Shown here in pieces: positions 1 through 12,220 of a stretch of DNA of 64,000 nucleotides. This stretch comes from Ramazzottius varieornatus (Eukaryota; Animalia; Tardigrada), in NCBI GenBank assembly GCA_001949185.1, contig BDGG01000005.1, positions 62,001-126,000 on the forward strand, in the 5' to 3' direction. The notes under the pieces were generated by a model, which worked only from the letters and a program-made list of their open reading frames with translations, ran no database searches and was not told the origin of the DNA. Position 1 is the stretch's first letter; the number at the start of each line of letters is the position of its first letter. A program made the translations under genes and the position numbers.

Positions 1-119
1 TGAGAAGTGAAATCGATCCTAGAGCCTGAGCCCTGCTAATTTCGACTTTTTGACCGAAAGTTTCTGGCCGAACATTCAAAACTTGCCACCTCCTTGATGC
101 AGCTTGGCAGCGTTAGAGC

Positions 120-3100
120 ATGCCATCATCCAAATCGATAGCAGCCAAAGATCTTCTAGATTTAGCTATCAGTTCTGCAGAGCCCGGAATTGTTAACTTC
201 AACGTTGTGCGAAAGATATTGGACATATTATTGCGCGAAGCCAATTTATTTGAGAAACCCATCGACCTTGCCGATCCTGCTGCCCTCTTAGCAAAACCCA
301 ATCCCCAGCCCAGTCCGCCATTACTTGCACCATCTGGTCTCGCCGAGCGTATCAGCAAGCTCGAAAATGCCGTGCAGAATATCGTCAGTCTTCCCACTAA
401 CCAGCAGATCCTGGAGGCAGCCGAGGCTGCGGCAAAGGGACAGAACTCGATACAGCGACACTCGGTGGCGGAGAGGTATAACGCAATGCTCATAAATGGC
501 AAAATGGAAACACTGGAAAGTACAGTGGCCAAAGTGGCCTCCTTAGTTGACGATATTCTCGACAAGGAAACAAAAATGACACAGACAGCACGAGAGATGG
601 GAACCCATGTCACAGATCTGGAGTACAAGTTAAAGCAGCTCGGTACACCGGACGTAGCCGAAGGTAAGCTGGCTACTTGGGAGGGACTCTACCAAGCTGT
701 TGAAGGCGCAGCCGACAAAGCTCTGGAGAAGATGCAGTCAAAAACTAACATAGTTATCGTGACGGACGAAGTGAAGAAAAAATCCCAAGGAGCCAATACA
801 GACCACAGTCCATCGCGTCAGGACGTAAGTAAGAAGAAGCGAAAGTCCGAAGCCAAACAAGGAGCTTCGGAGAAAGTACCTCGGCCCACCACACCAGAAC
901 CTGCAACTCCTCCTTCTGCCCCGCTTGACGAGATTAGACCTGTAAGAAGCACCGTTTCCGTAACAGTCACTCGCCCATCAGACACACCTGGCATCCCAGC
1001 GTCTTTAACCGAGGAAGCTCCCTCATCGGCAGAAGCTTCCGCAGCATCCACAGCACCAACAACACCTGCGACACCACCAACCGCAGCAGTAGCGACACCT
1101 ACAGCTGCAGCACAGCCGATTACTTCACCGTCGACACCAAGAACCTCTACGCCTAACGGTACTTCACCTGCCCCGAGCCCAGCAAGGCCATCTTCGGCTG
1201 CTCCTCCTTCTCCCACTGGCGCACAGCCCACACCGGCGGTACCAGCAGGGCCCGCGCCAACTGATCCCACAAAGATTCCGGCAAAAGATAACCAAGACCA
1301 GCCGAAAACTTCAGTAGCGAAAACGAAGGAGAGAAAAACAGAAAAGAAGGCCAAACTAAAGGTGGCTCCGTTGAGTGCAGATCGGCCGCGGTCTCCTGGT
1401 TCAAGCGAGTCGGGTGAACTAATGCCCGTGGATTCTCAACAATCGCTAACGCCCGTTCTGCGAGATATGCGCCAAGGTGTCGACAAGATCAAAGACCTCG
1501 AAGCCTTGGTGGACACCAAAGCGGACAAGAAGGACATGAAAGACGCATTGGGACGGATAGACCAGCTCAGCTCCGACTTGATCACTTTCTCTAAGCGGAC
1601 AGAAGATTTATTTACAGAGCTTCGTACACTAAGAACAGATCACGAGACACTTACCAAGGCTTTCGACGATTACGCCGCTTCTCGTCGTCACACTATCCGA
1701 CGTTCGACCGGTAGTAGTTTCACCGGAAGTGGCATTGGGGTTGCCGGAAGCCGTGCTGGAGGAATGGGTAGTCTGGCTGGACAAGGTGGACAGGGTGGTG
1801 GACAGGGTGGTGGACAGGGTGGTGGACATGGTGGTGCTCAGGGATCCCTATCCAGCACTGATCAAAATATGGATTCGCGAAGAAGTCAAGGCTGCACGGC
1901 GTTTGGGTCAGCTATCCCAGGTGGCGCCCCCAAGCATAACCACACTGATGGACGTGACGGTAACTGTCCAGTTGGCGCCCCGTTAGAGCCTGTTGACCAT
2001 CCAGTCGATCCTCGGTTAAATGCCAGTTGCATCAAGCTCCAAGGCTCCCGAATCGACGCCATAAACGAAGAAATGGAAAAATACAGAACTAACTTTGAAG
2101 ACTTGAGAGCCTACATCAACGAACAAATACTGATGTTATCGGAGAAACAGGTAGTATGTTGAGTGATTGGAACCTGCATAGCGAAGTACTTACGCTTGGC
2201 TGGTTTTCTAGGCGAGTTTGGAGGCGGATATTGCAGAGTTGATCAAGATGTTCAAAGAGCGCAGACGACCCACACTAAAGGTTGCCACTCTAGACATGAA
2301 TGTAGTGGAGAAGATGCTCGACGACTACGAGCACATTATCGAAGATATGAAGACCTACGACTCCTTCAACACGCAGCTCAGCCAGAAGACCGACCGCCTG
2401 TTCTACCTGTGTGACGAACTGAAGAGGAACAAGGCCGATGGGCGGACTGTTCGCGAGGCGCTAGAACTCAAAGCCGACACCGAAGACCTTCTCAACAAAG
2501 CCGATAGAATGGTCATGGAGGAATTCACTCGGAGTAACACCATGCAGATCGAACAACTCATTCGCCAGATGCAGTGCAACGAGTCCCTCGTACGGAACGA
2601 ACTGGGCAAACTCCTGGAAACCCTCAGTACTCGCGCATCGCAGAACAGTGTGGAAGAACTGCGTGGACAGTTCCGCGATGTGTCTCAGACCGGGAAAGGC
2701 GGATCTGGGCAACAGGCTGGAGGAGCTTCGGTCAAGTTCGCAGCAGGTACCAGTTGTGCGCTGACTTGCCTCAGTTGCGGAGACCACGCCTTCCAAGAGC
2801 CTGCCCATGAAAGATTCCATCCAGCGGGCTTCCCTCCCCGAGACATGCTGGCGCCCTACACAACATATGGAAGAAATCGTGAAGTGGACGCTTCCTACTG
2901 TACGACACCTCGAAGAAACAGCTGCTCGCCTGGAAGACCTGTCGGTGGTGCCTACACGACCATGATCGACCAGCATCATCAAGCCTTGAGGAAGCATAAG
3001 GGTGGTCTGGGTTCTGAGAACCAGTTTGAAACTGGTGGAGCCACTGGTCGCTTTGGGCAGACAGCAGTCATGAAGCCGCCCCTTCTGGATCCGACCGACG

Positions 3101-3207
3101 TTCCCTTGTCCTCAGCGCGGTCGCAGGTGGATGTGATCGCGAGTAAGATCGCAGCGGTGTCCAGGCCTACAACAGGCAGGAAGAAAACTGCGAAAGGCAA
3201 ACGATAA
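120..3207 (+). CDS. QRICH2/C16orf96-like protein (DUF4795 family), 2 exons (120-2150, 2212-3207)
   Basis: ORFs 120..2162 and 2218..3207 join in frame across a 61-nt GT-AG intron (2151-2211). N-terminal LLDLAISSAEPGIVNF, a Pro/Thr-rich middle, coiled coils with KAD motifs, and C-terminal CLSC and RPVGGAYT motifs resemble the QRICH2/C16orf96 family (recognised from memory). Confidence 0.7.
1780..1835 (+). repeat. Coding 12-bp tandem repeat (GGACAGGGTGGT)n encoding GQGG
   Basis: Three perfect units plus degenerate flanking units are visible; they translate as GQGGQGGGQGGGQGGGHGG. Confidence 0.85.
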
Positions 3208-3543
3208 CTTCCGCTTTTCTAGCTTTCTGCTCACTAACTGTTTATGTTTTCCTATCTTTCTTTGGGTATGAAATGTCATTGCAGCTCTTTCTAAACTTTT
3301 ATGCTGTGATTTTGAATTCAGTCCACTATTTTATTGTTGGATTCGAGTTATGTTTACTGTAGATAGGCCAAGATAACACATAGGGGATATCTTTAAAAAG
3401 TACAAAGTGATAAATCGAAATTATCGACAAAATTTTAATCTTGTTCATGTTCACCGAGCAAGACAAAGAAAACGTGCGCAATAAGAAACTTAAAAGATCA
3501 AAAGCCGTTTGGTCAGCTATCTGTACAAAAGGAGATCTAATCA

Positions 3544-6312
3544 CTAATTTATCGTCGATAACCTGGTTGGGTACGGCACGTATCGAGCGGAAGGATCGTA
3601 GTAGCCAGCAGCGTAGGAGGATACCACCGAGGGTGGATGCTGTGTACAGTAGACTGACAGGTCCTCCGCCACATCCTCGTACTCCGTCGCCGATCCTTCA
3701 CCCTTTCCCCTCATGTCCGGACTCTTCAGCAAACTTTCATGGACGAAGTTGTGGTTGTTGGACAAGGAGGTGAAGGACTTTGGCGATGGTGGACCGGAGA
3801 AGGGTTGCGAGGCACTTCTGGCACAGACAGCGTAGTCGTAATGTCCGACACCTTCGAAAGAAAAAAACAACAGAACATTACTCTTTGACAATTCGCTGAA
3901 GGCTGATATAACTGATGGATGTTGTATTGTAAAAATTAAGCAGCCTTCGATCAACTAGGACGTGGGCAAAGGAGCTGTACCAGATCAAGTGGCGCACGTT
4001 TTCATTGTTACTGGTTGAAGATGCGCGCCACTTAGAAAAAAACGATCTGGGTCAAAGCATTTGCCCACGTCTCAATCCTGATAGATAATATTCTGATCGA
4101 GGTACCTTCTTGCTGGCCCGTAATGACGTAGTCCGGTGCTACTGGTCTGCGGAATGTCGACGAGGACGTCTTGGTGGCCAAGGCGTCTTCTTTCTCAGAC
4201 ATACAGCAGCATCCTCGACAGATGCAAAGACACAACAAGAGTAACACGATGGCTACAACGGCGGCTGTGCCACCAAGAACGTAAATCAGGCCCTTCTTGG
4301 GTCTTTCCATCGAACTTTCGTCGGGAAGACTGAGGCGCGCGTCAAACGCCAACGTTATCACCTCGTTGTCCTTCAGCTGGGAGCCGTCTCTACCCTGGAT
4401 GCTTGTGTAGCACATGTAGGTACCGACATGTGAAGCGTTGAAGTTGGCGATGTCGAAGATACATCGATACCAGTTGTCCCCACTTTCGTAGCGGCTACAT
4501 CCCAGCATGTCGATCTTCTTCTCAAAGTTGGGATCATCAATGGCCGCCTTGTGCCACTGCAGAAACGAATATTGATAACGTAATCAAGAGAATTCAAAAG
4601 GTTTTTTGTACTTTACAGGTTTGAACCACTACTTACGCCGGTAACTGTATGGGATGGCACGCAACTTTTAACGAGACAGCTCAGCGTGGTATTTCCTCCC
4701 GGCATCACTTTATTCAGGGTTGCGTCAATCTTCACAATCTGAGGCTTGATATCGATGCAATCTGAAAAGCACGAAGTGACAAATCTTTGTTCAGATGAAT
4801 AGAAATATTGGAACAATTTAATTCCTTCAAGCGTAAACCCACCATTGACTTGGACCTCGAAGTTATAACTGATGGACCCGAAAATATTGGTCGCAATGCA
4901 CGTGTAGTTCCCAGCGTCGTCACGTGTGATTTCTGAGATCACGACGCGGTGATCTGCGAAGTGCGGGGAAGTGTCTCTTGGCCGGTGAAAATTTTCGCTT
5001 TTCCGCTCCTGACTGATAGTGCGACTAAAGTAGTCCTTCCCATCTTTCAGCCAGCGGTAAGTCACCTCGGGAGGTCCCGAAGCTTTGCACTTCAGCTCGA
5101 TCCGCCCTCCTAACATTTCCCGCACTGTCGTAAGCATACTTCCGGGTCTCTTAAAGCTTGGCACGCCTAAACAAACAGAAGCTTTTTACACGAAAGCGAA
5201 AGATAATACCGGTGAATGAAAAGAAACGAACGCCAACTTTACTTACTTCCTTTTCGAGCCCTCTGAGGATATTCCAAGAAAGCTTTTCTTTCTCCCTCGG
5301 GCAAGAGGCACACATCTGACCCTGCAAGAAGAGCGAACATTTGCAACAGCCGTTCTTATTTTCAAGTATCATCGTGTCTTGAAAGGAAAGAGAGCTCAAA
5401 GAAAATGAGGCAGGGAGGCTTGAGAAACTGTAGCTACAGTCTGAAGTATTCCAGCCTTTCAAATCTGCTCCTTGTTCAGCTCTTCATTACTTTCCTTTCA
5501 GCGTGATTATTTTCTTTATGCTGATTGTTCCGTCAGTTCTGACCACCTAAAGTGTAGCAAGGGAAAGGGAGGCAAAAGCTATTATGTGCAAAGGTGTGCT
5601 TGGCGACATGAAGAGCGAGCAGCAAGACGTCGAGTGTTTGACCAGACGAAAGGGGATTCTTGAGTGGATCATGCCTCGTCTTTGCCTTGCTCAAACACAA
5701 AATCTCAGCCATCCCAACTCTTACCTTTAACGATCAGCGTCACATTGGCATGTTTTGGACCATGACCAAAGGCCGCCGTGCATTCGTACAATGCCTGATC
5801 TTCCTCCGTCACATTGCGAATGTAGAAGCTACCTTTCCGACTTTCCTTGATGGATCGCACTCGCGAGTCTTCTTTGGCCGGACCTTCCGTTTCGAAAGCC
5901 AGGCCGTCCTTCTTCCACGACACATCGACGTTCCCTCCAACCTTCAGCGGACAATCGATTCGCAGTCTTTTGAATCCTTTCAGCACCATGATGTGTGATG
6001 GTGGAGGGCGGTCTTTCTCGGACTTCGGGCTTTCCAATTCCGCACTGTCGAGAGGCTCTTCATCGAAGCTCGCGAAACTTTCTGTGGAATCTGTAGAGGA
6101 AGAAGGATACATGCATATAGAAACCGTTAATTCTTGGATGTGTCATTAATATTCAGCAATCACTCACATAGTTCGCCATCACGGCAATAGGCTTCGGAAA
6201 CAGTTTTCTTCCGTGCTTTGCTTTTCTCCACCTTTCTGCGTTTCTGACTGTCTGCGAGGGAAATGACACAAAGCAGAGCGAAGAGAAGCATTCTAATCCG
6301 AGTGGCATCCAT
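3544..6312 (-). CDS. FGFRL1/nou-darake-like receptor: signal peptide, 3 Ig domains, TM helix, short kinase-less tail; multi-exon
   Basis: Signal peptide MDATRIRMLLFALLCVISLA (ATG at 6312). Ig1 has IDCP..VSWKKDG..DQALYECTA. Ig2 has PSFKRP..LKCKASG..WLKDG..DAGNYTCIATNIFG. Ig3 has LSCLVKS..VGTYMC. TM is LIYVLGGTAAVVAIVLLLLCLCIC. The Tyr-rich last exon ends at the 3544 stop with no kinase motifs. Confidence 0.7.
3958..4072. mobile_element. Palindromic MITE-like element, family A (copy 1, intronic)
   Basis: Terminal inverted repeats GACGTGGGCAAA / TTTGCCCACGTC, inner CCAGATC / GATCTGG and AAGTGGCGCAC / GCGCGCCACTT. Confidence 0.75.
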
Positions 6313-8082
6313 CGTTCTCTCGGTACTTTGTTCTGGAGGTCGCAAAAAGCTCTGGAAAGAAACGTCTGTCTTTGTATGTGGTCACATATATGATTTTTCA
6401 CAAGATTAATTGTAAAATTTGTACCGTGAAATTCCCGACAGTTTAGAGTGATATATTTGAGGAGCGTACATGAAAAGCCCGAAATGTCTCTTCTCATCCT
6501 AATCCGGCTTGGAGCAGTCGCCGAATTAAGACAGACATATTTACTGGTCGTAAGGAGCAAAAGATCAACAAAGACGGGAGAGGGACGTATAGCGGCACAG
6601 CACTCAATCACCGTAATCCGATGCGGCAGAATGTGTTGACAAGAGTTGGATTTCGCGGGAAATGGACCGAGCAATTGCCAGAATATTCACCATGTCAAAT
6701 TACACCTGATTGCAACTATCCAAACACCGAGGCCCAGGTTATGATCCGGAAGATTCGAAGGGGAAGACGGCGGTAACAAAAGCATGCACGGAGTGGGTTG
6801 GTAGTTTGGCATGCATGATACGAAAACACGAATTGGAAATTTGACATTCACAATTCACGTACATGACATGACACACCATACATTACAACATTGTCGGATC
6901 ATGTCCTACCGCATAGAGTGAGCCGGTAGGACGAGAACACACCGAACTGTTTCGTCTAACGAGTACCACTTGGAGCTCTTGCCGCTTGCCGCCTTCGCGG
7001 ACTCTTCCGAATCTTGCGCAATATTCTAATTTTTACAGTTAGCTCAGGTAGCAGAATGAGCATACCTGGCGGCCGCGTTTTCCGAATTTAAACTGAAACT
7101 CAGCAAGTAGATCCGTCGCAGCAACAATAAGATATCCGAACCATGGAGTGCGATACTGATGGCCGCCGGATAGAGATTTGGCATACCCTGGTCCAGGATT
7201 ATTCCGGCAAGAAGCCGCTTGTTCGATACGGGATCCAGAAAGGCACAGAATTGTAATTGCTGCCCAAGTTATGATCACAATTTTGAGATTTCTAGCGTTC
7301 TGCGTCTTTGCCGTCTGGAGTAGACTGGAAGGCAGCTGAGCAAAGTCTTGATGAGAGGGGAGTGAGTGCGCAGGTGGAATTCTCAGCTCTGCACGCTTTG
7401 CTGGTAGCTTCTGTCAATCAAGACAAACGGAAGGCGGGCCTACCGTCCGGTCAAGCCAACCAACGACAGACCAAGCGACCATGGCCAGTCAAAAACATGC
7501 TATCCAAGTGGTCAAGCCAACAGCCGCGCCCCATCAATTAAACGCTCGTTGGGAAGCAAATGGACGATCAGGCGAGACATGTTGTAAAAGCCACAATGCT
7601 CCCCGTAGGCACCGAAATATGACAAGAATGGAGGCATAATCACGCTGAGGACATGTCCGAGCCATGCAGTCCTTTATTCAAACTCAGAAGCTCTTAACAC
7701 TATTCAGCATGGGAAATATGTCGTGTCCAGATGGAATCTCGATGGGCCAGCTCTGTCACTGCAAGTCTGTGCTCTGTCCAGTGCACGTAACGTTTCGATA
7801 ATGAACTTAGAAGATCGAGTAACCACTTACAAAATGTGGAAGAGGAAATACGGTACTCCGAACCACACAAAAGAATTCCGTTTGCTATTTTGATACAAGG
7901 GGAAGAACGGCGAGCCAAATATGGTTCCCCCAGGAACGCAGGGCTGAAGCTTCTTCACTCGTACGTTTACATCGAACGTGCCCAGTTAAATTTAGGCGAC
8001 AAGAATTCATGATTATTTTCGCCCTCTGGTAGCAGTTACGCATTTCAAAGAATGCTACCAGTTGGAATGATGTAAGAAAAGA

Positions 8083-8230
8083 TGTTGTTGTTGTTGTTGT
8101 TATGCTTATGTCCCATCACTATCTCGGATGGTCGGACCTTGCTTCCTAACCGAGATTCCAACTGACATTGAGAAACATGGCCGTCAAGGAACGGCCTAGT
8201 CTATGGAGGTCCCCACACCACTGCGTTTCC
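8083..8230 (-). repeat. (AAC)n microsatellite, possibly the 3' tail of a truncated RTE-like non-LTR element
   Basis: A (GTT)6 tract at about 8084-8101. On the minus strand it is preceded by CCGACC...GATGGGACATAAGC, which recalls RTE 3' ends. No RT coding sequence is visible. Confidence 0.3.
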
Positions 8231-8519
8231 ACTCGAATCTCGTCAGGGACGAAGGACCATACTGACATTAGAGAGGTTGATATTTGACTTGATCAGTGTT
8301 TAGCACAGGTTTAACACAGTGAGCAAGCTCCGCCCCCTGGCTACACTAGACCAGCAGAGTTTGCGACTTGCATTACGCAAACTCGTGAGTAGCATACCTC
8401 ACGTACGTACGCGTTCGATAGATTTTTAATTTTGTTTTTCGCCTTACCATTAACTGTAGGTTTGCCCTACTTTCAGTCATTCACTGTGTAATTTTCCTCG
8501 AAAATTGTAGCTCTACACC

Positions 8520-9117
8520 ATGCCTCTCCGTAGCGGTCGTGTCCTTAAGCTTCCCAGAGAAAGGTCGACAACGGTCCCTTCTAAGAACAAGGAAGAGCCC
8601 AAGAAGAAGAAGCAAGGTACAACCCCTGTTGAGCCGGCCTCAGCTGTCAGCCCTGTACGTTCGCCTTCTCCGCCGATAGTCCTTCCTTCCCCACCTGCGC
8701 CTGTTTTGCCTCTTCCCACTGCTACTGCTCAAACTATCCCCGGAGAAGAGAACGTCCCACCTCCGGTTGCTTCAAAGCGGTTCAAGCGTCTCAACGCAAA
8801 AGTGACGAAAACATGGTAAGTCTATCTGCTGTACATACATTAATTGACGGTGTTGTCTGAGTACGTTTCGCAGCGCAGACAGACTTACCAACCTTTCGTC
8901 ACTTAGGCTTCTGGAAATGTTTGAGCTTGACGCGTCAACCGACGTAGATCGTGATGGCGCCATCGACTGCTTGTTTCGTCATTGGCTCAAGGAGAATTTG
9001 GAAGAACAGAAGGATCAGTGGACCAAGAAAACAGTCCACATTCTGGCCGCCAGTGTCAGGTTCAATATTCGACTCGTCTTCGCACAAGCAGACTTCGTCA
9101 GGAAACGGAAACGGTGA
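8520..9117 (+). CDS. Uncharacterised ~180-aa basic/Pro-rich protein, 2 exons, possibly transposon-borne
   Basis: ORF 8520..8819 splices at GTAAGT (8816) to a TTTCGCAG acceptor (8873) into the frame of ORF 8917..9117. NLS-like motifs KKKK and RKRKR are present. Confidence 0.45.
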
Positions 9118-9649
9118 CGAAAACAACTTCGTCGTGTTCGGCCAGCGAACACCGCCGTGGAAATTATGCAAGAACGTGAGTGCTTGTGTTCTACGTTTGA
9201 TGTCACTCTGTATTTTGACAAATCTCGCCTTCTGTATTTCCAAATTTCCCTGGACATCCTTTCTTGATCGAAAAATTTGGGTGAAGAAACTTCTAATTTG
9301 GTTCTGGTGCTCAGTAGAGTGCGTTTTAGAAACGTCCTTTGATCTAGTGTTGGCTTCTCTCGTCTCTGACAATCTAACATGCCACCTGGACCTGCAATAA
9401 ATGTGCTAAACCTAGCATTCGGATCATTGATGTGCCCAGATCAAAAGCTACAGTGCAGGCTACAGTTAATATTTAACTGCAAATCCAACAAAGCAACAGT
9501 TGAGCCTACAGAGAAATCCAAAGTAAACGCAACAGTGAAAGCTAGGGTGAACGGTACAGTAAAGGCTACAGTCAGGATAACAGTTCAACGTACAGAATCA
9601 GAAAATCAGCGAAGAAAGATGCAGTTAACCCCGCAGTTGAGGGTGAGGT

Positions 9650-10623
9650 GCGGTGATTCCTGCTAGATATTCTCGTAGCGAGGGTGCCAACACGCCGAAT
9701 CTTTTTCCACACAGCTTCCAAAGCTACGTAGACAATGTACTGCTTCGCAACAGCTTCTGTAGCAGAATTTTCTGATTTTTGTGAAAGTCCGTGAAGGCAA
9801 ATTGTTGCACTACTTTCCCGAATGACCCCTCTACAGCTACTCTCATCTGCGCCAAGATTTCGCTAGAACGGATTTCACGCTTCCGCTTCGCATTCCGATG
9901 TGGTGTTATGAGAAGATCGCTCAGTGAGTAGGCTGGATCGCCGTACAAACGGAACGTTTTACCGATGGTAGCCATCTTACTCTGTAATTATTCCAGCAAG
10001 CGACTTTCCGGAAACATGTGCGAATCGTGCCTCGCTTCTTCGACAGGTCCGGCCAGATGCATGACGATTCCATCAGGCGCCGTAACTGCCTGATATTTCA
10101 AAGCATGCACCCGATCTTTTTCATTGTACACTATCCTCTGATCTTTCAATGGACGGCAAACAGGACGAGTTGTTCCGTCGATGAACGCCCATATGTTCAG
10201 AGGTTCGCTCAGGCTGTCGGTCGATTCTGCTTCGGCTCGGCAGTAGTCTTCCAGTCGTTCGGACGTGAGATAGGGGCTATCCAGCGTGGAAAGTATGCTA
10301 GCGGTTTGGGAATATAAGAAAACCCACGCCAATGTTGAACATGTTGGACAGAACCTCCATGTCGTCGGAATCGCTCTTCTAAATCCACCAAACGGCACGG
10401 GTAGGAGAGTCGGTTCAGCAACAAGCAGAGGACTTCTTCTGACACACACTTTCTCTCCGACATCCTGCTCAGCATGAAGGGATTCTTCTTTCACAATCTG
10501 GTTCTTCGTCTCTGACTCCTGTAAAGGAGAATAAATTCCAAGTCTGTTAATGATGCTGTGGCATGAGCCAAAATCAGGAATCGGGACATCTTTCCTCAAA
10601 AATGATTTCTCAAGGCGAAGCAA
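9650..10623 (-). pseudogene. PIF/Harbinger (HARBI1-like, DDE_Tnp_4) transposase, frameshifted
   Basis: Motifs LLNRLSYPCRLVDLEERF, WAFIDGTTRPVCRP, HALKYQAVTAPDG, GPVEEARHDS, LYGDPAY, RVAVEGSFGKV and a terminal FGVLAPSLREYL are spread over several frames with an internal stop at about 9988. Confidence 0.9.
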
Positions 10624-10741
10624 CTAAGTACAGTTTGTCAAAAATCTAAACACGCTGTTTTTACGATGACGTCGTTACCGAGAGTTATGTTCAAAGCTAC
10701 AGTCAAGGCTACCGCTGACGTTCCCATGCGTCTTTTGCTCA

Positions 10742-10870
10742 GGCGTCGCTGCGAGGTCCGAAGTGTCTAAGTGGGCGAGACTGGCAGGGGGACCCACATG
10801 GATTCTTTGTGGTTAAACAGCCATCAAGCCTGCCCGCTAACTTAGATACTTCGGATTCCGTAGTGACACC
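10742..10870 (+). other. Long hairpin (31-bp stem) between the Harbinger ORFs
   Basis: Arm 10742-10772 pairs with arm 10840-10870 at 29 of 31 positions, including 5 G-U pairs on the + strand. Confidence 0.7.
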
Positions 10871-11113
10871 CGCGTGTCCTTGTGGTTAGCATGTTAAAGC
10901 CGCAGTTGGAGATGCTGTCTCTAAGTAGCAGAAGGCTACAGTTGACTTTTACATTGAGACTGGGAATGAAGCTGCATTTCAGCATACACTGCATAGCTGC
11001 AGTTGAGCATACAGTGTAAGGCTGCAGTTAGCCTCAAAGTAGAGCCAAGTACCAAGGCTACAATTAAAGGCCTCACAGCAGTGACAGCACGTAGAATTCC
11101 ACAAGGCTGTACA

Positions 11114-11176
11114 TAAAACTACAGTTTAAAACTACAGTTTAAAACTACAGTTTAAAACTACAGTTTAAAACTACAG
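11114..11176. repeat. 13-bp tandem repeat (AAAACTACAGTTT) x ~4.8
   Basis: Directly visible perfect tandem units. The core CTACAG also recurs at 9448-9575, 10696 and 10933. Confidence 0.95.
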
Positions 11177-11200
11177 ATTCACCATAACACACTGAAAAAT

Positions 11201-11996
11201 TCATCTGATCATCCAATCAAGGCAAAATTTAGGTAGCAGTTGTACCTGCGGGAAGCTCACGTATCTCCAGTTCTTTCCGCCGTATCTCTTACTCTCCTCC
11301 AGCCTGATCCGTCTCTCTAGTCTGCTTTCCCATTTCCATTTGCGTACAATGGCAGCTTTAATATCTACCTTCTTTCTCTTTTTCTTCATCTTTCCCGAGC
11401 TTTCCGAGTAGCTGTCACTTTCGGTTGAAGAGTCATCATGAGTAGCCATCGTTATGTGCCTTCTTCCTGCTATAGATTTCCATGGCCGTCTGTCGGATCT
11501 CCTTCCCTTTCTCGTTGTCCTCGAGTAGTCGCTTCTCCTTGAAAGCATGAGCTGAAGCTGGCCTAGCACAGGTGGAAGGAACGATCTTCTCGTCCGTAGC
11601 AGCGTTTTCGATGTCAGCGTCACGGTTTAACGCGACCAGATTCGCCAGGCCCACCTTTAGCTTGGTGACACTTTCTTTCGATCCACTCTTCCATCTTGCT
11701 TTGTTGTCTTTGGCTTGAAACTTCTTCAGTAAGTTATCGTAGTGAAGCTTGTAGCATCGAAATTCTCGCTGGAATCCGTTGAAGGCGTCCATAGCGATCT
11801 TGACATCTTTCCAGCCGGCCTGAGCGGTATTAAATATCGGCTTCTTCTCCTCGATTTCGTTGCATAAAGCAATCTCTTCTTCCAGACTGAAGTCCGTCCG
11901 TGGTTTACCTGAGCTGGAAGTTTCTGCTATAGACAGGTCATGAGCGTCTGACCCATCGACAGGGATCGACTCGGCCAGCATTATCACTGATATCAA
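11201..11996 (-). pseudogene. Harbinger ORF2 Myb/SANT-like DNA-binding protein, frameshifted
   Basis: KPRTDFSLEEEIALCNEI..P..WKDV..REFRCYKLHYDNLLKKF fits a Myb/SANT-like domain. It is followed by an acidic/basic tail (SSTESDSYSESSGKMKKKRKK) in another frame and lies next to a Harbinger transposase on the same strand. Confidence 0.75.
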
Positions 11997-12147
11997 AAAC
12001 TATGGAAATTCACAGAAAAAGTTTTAAAGTTTCCGTTCGAAAATTTCGAAGTTTTTCCGGAGAGTAGACGACGGTGAAAATTTACCGTGTTGCACCAAGA
12101 TTCGTGTTACCGACAGTAATTTATGCCCCGGAGAGAAATAGCTGAAT

Positions 12148-12220
12148 TGCTATGCAAGCTCCACTAAACATCGGAATAGCGTCCCGTATGCGCTATGCAA
12201 AGTTTAGAGCTTGCATAGCA
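12148..12220. repeat. 14-bp perfect inverted repeat TGCTATGCAAGCTC / GAGCTTGCATAGCA, probable transposon terminal region
   Basis: Arms at 12148-12161 and 12207-12220, with a third partial copy GCTATGCAA at 12192. Confidence 0.6.

Noticed and set aside
113-1354. Long antisense ORFs 113..628 and 818..1354
   Set aside because: They are shadows of the Pro/Thr/Ala-rich + strand QRICH2-like exon and have no independent features.
11114-11176. Possible CRISPR-like array
   Set aside because: The units are directly adjacent with no spacers, the context is eukaryotic and no cas genes are present. It is a simple minisatellite.
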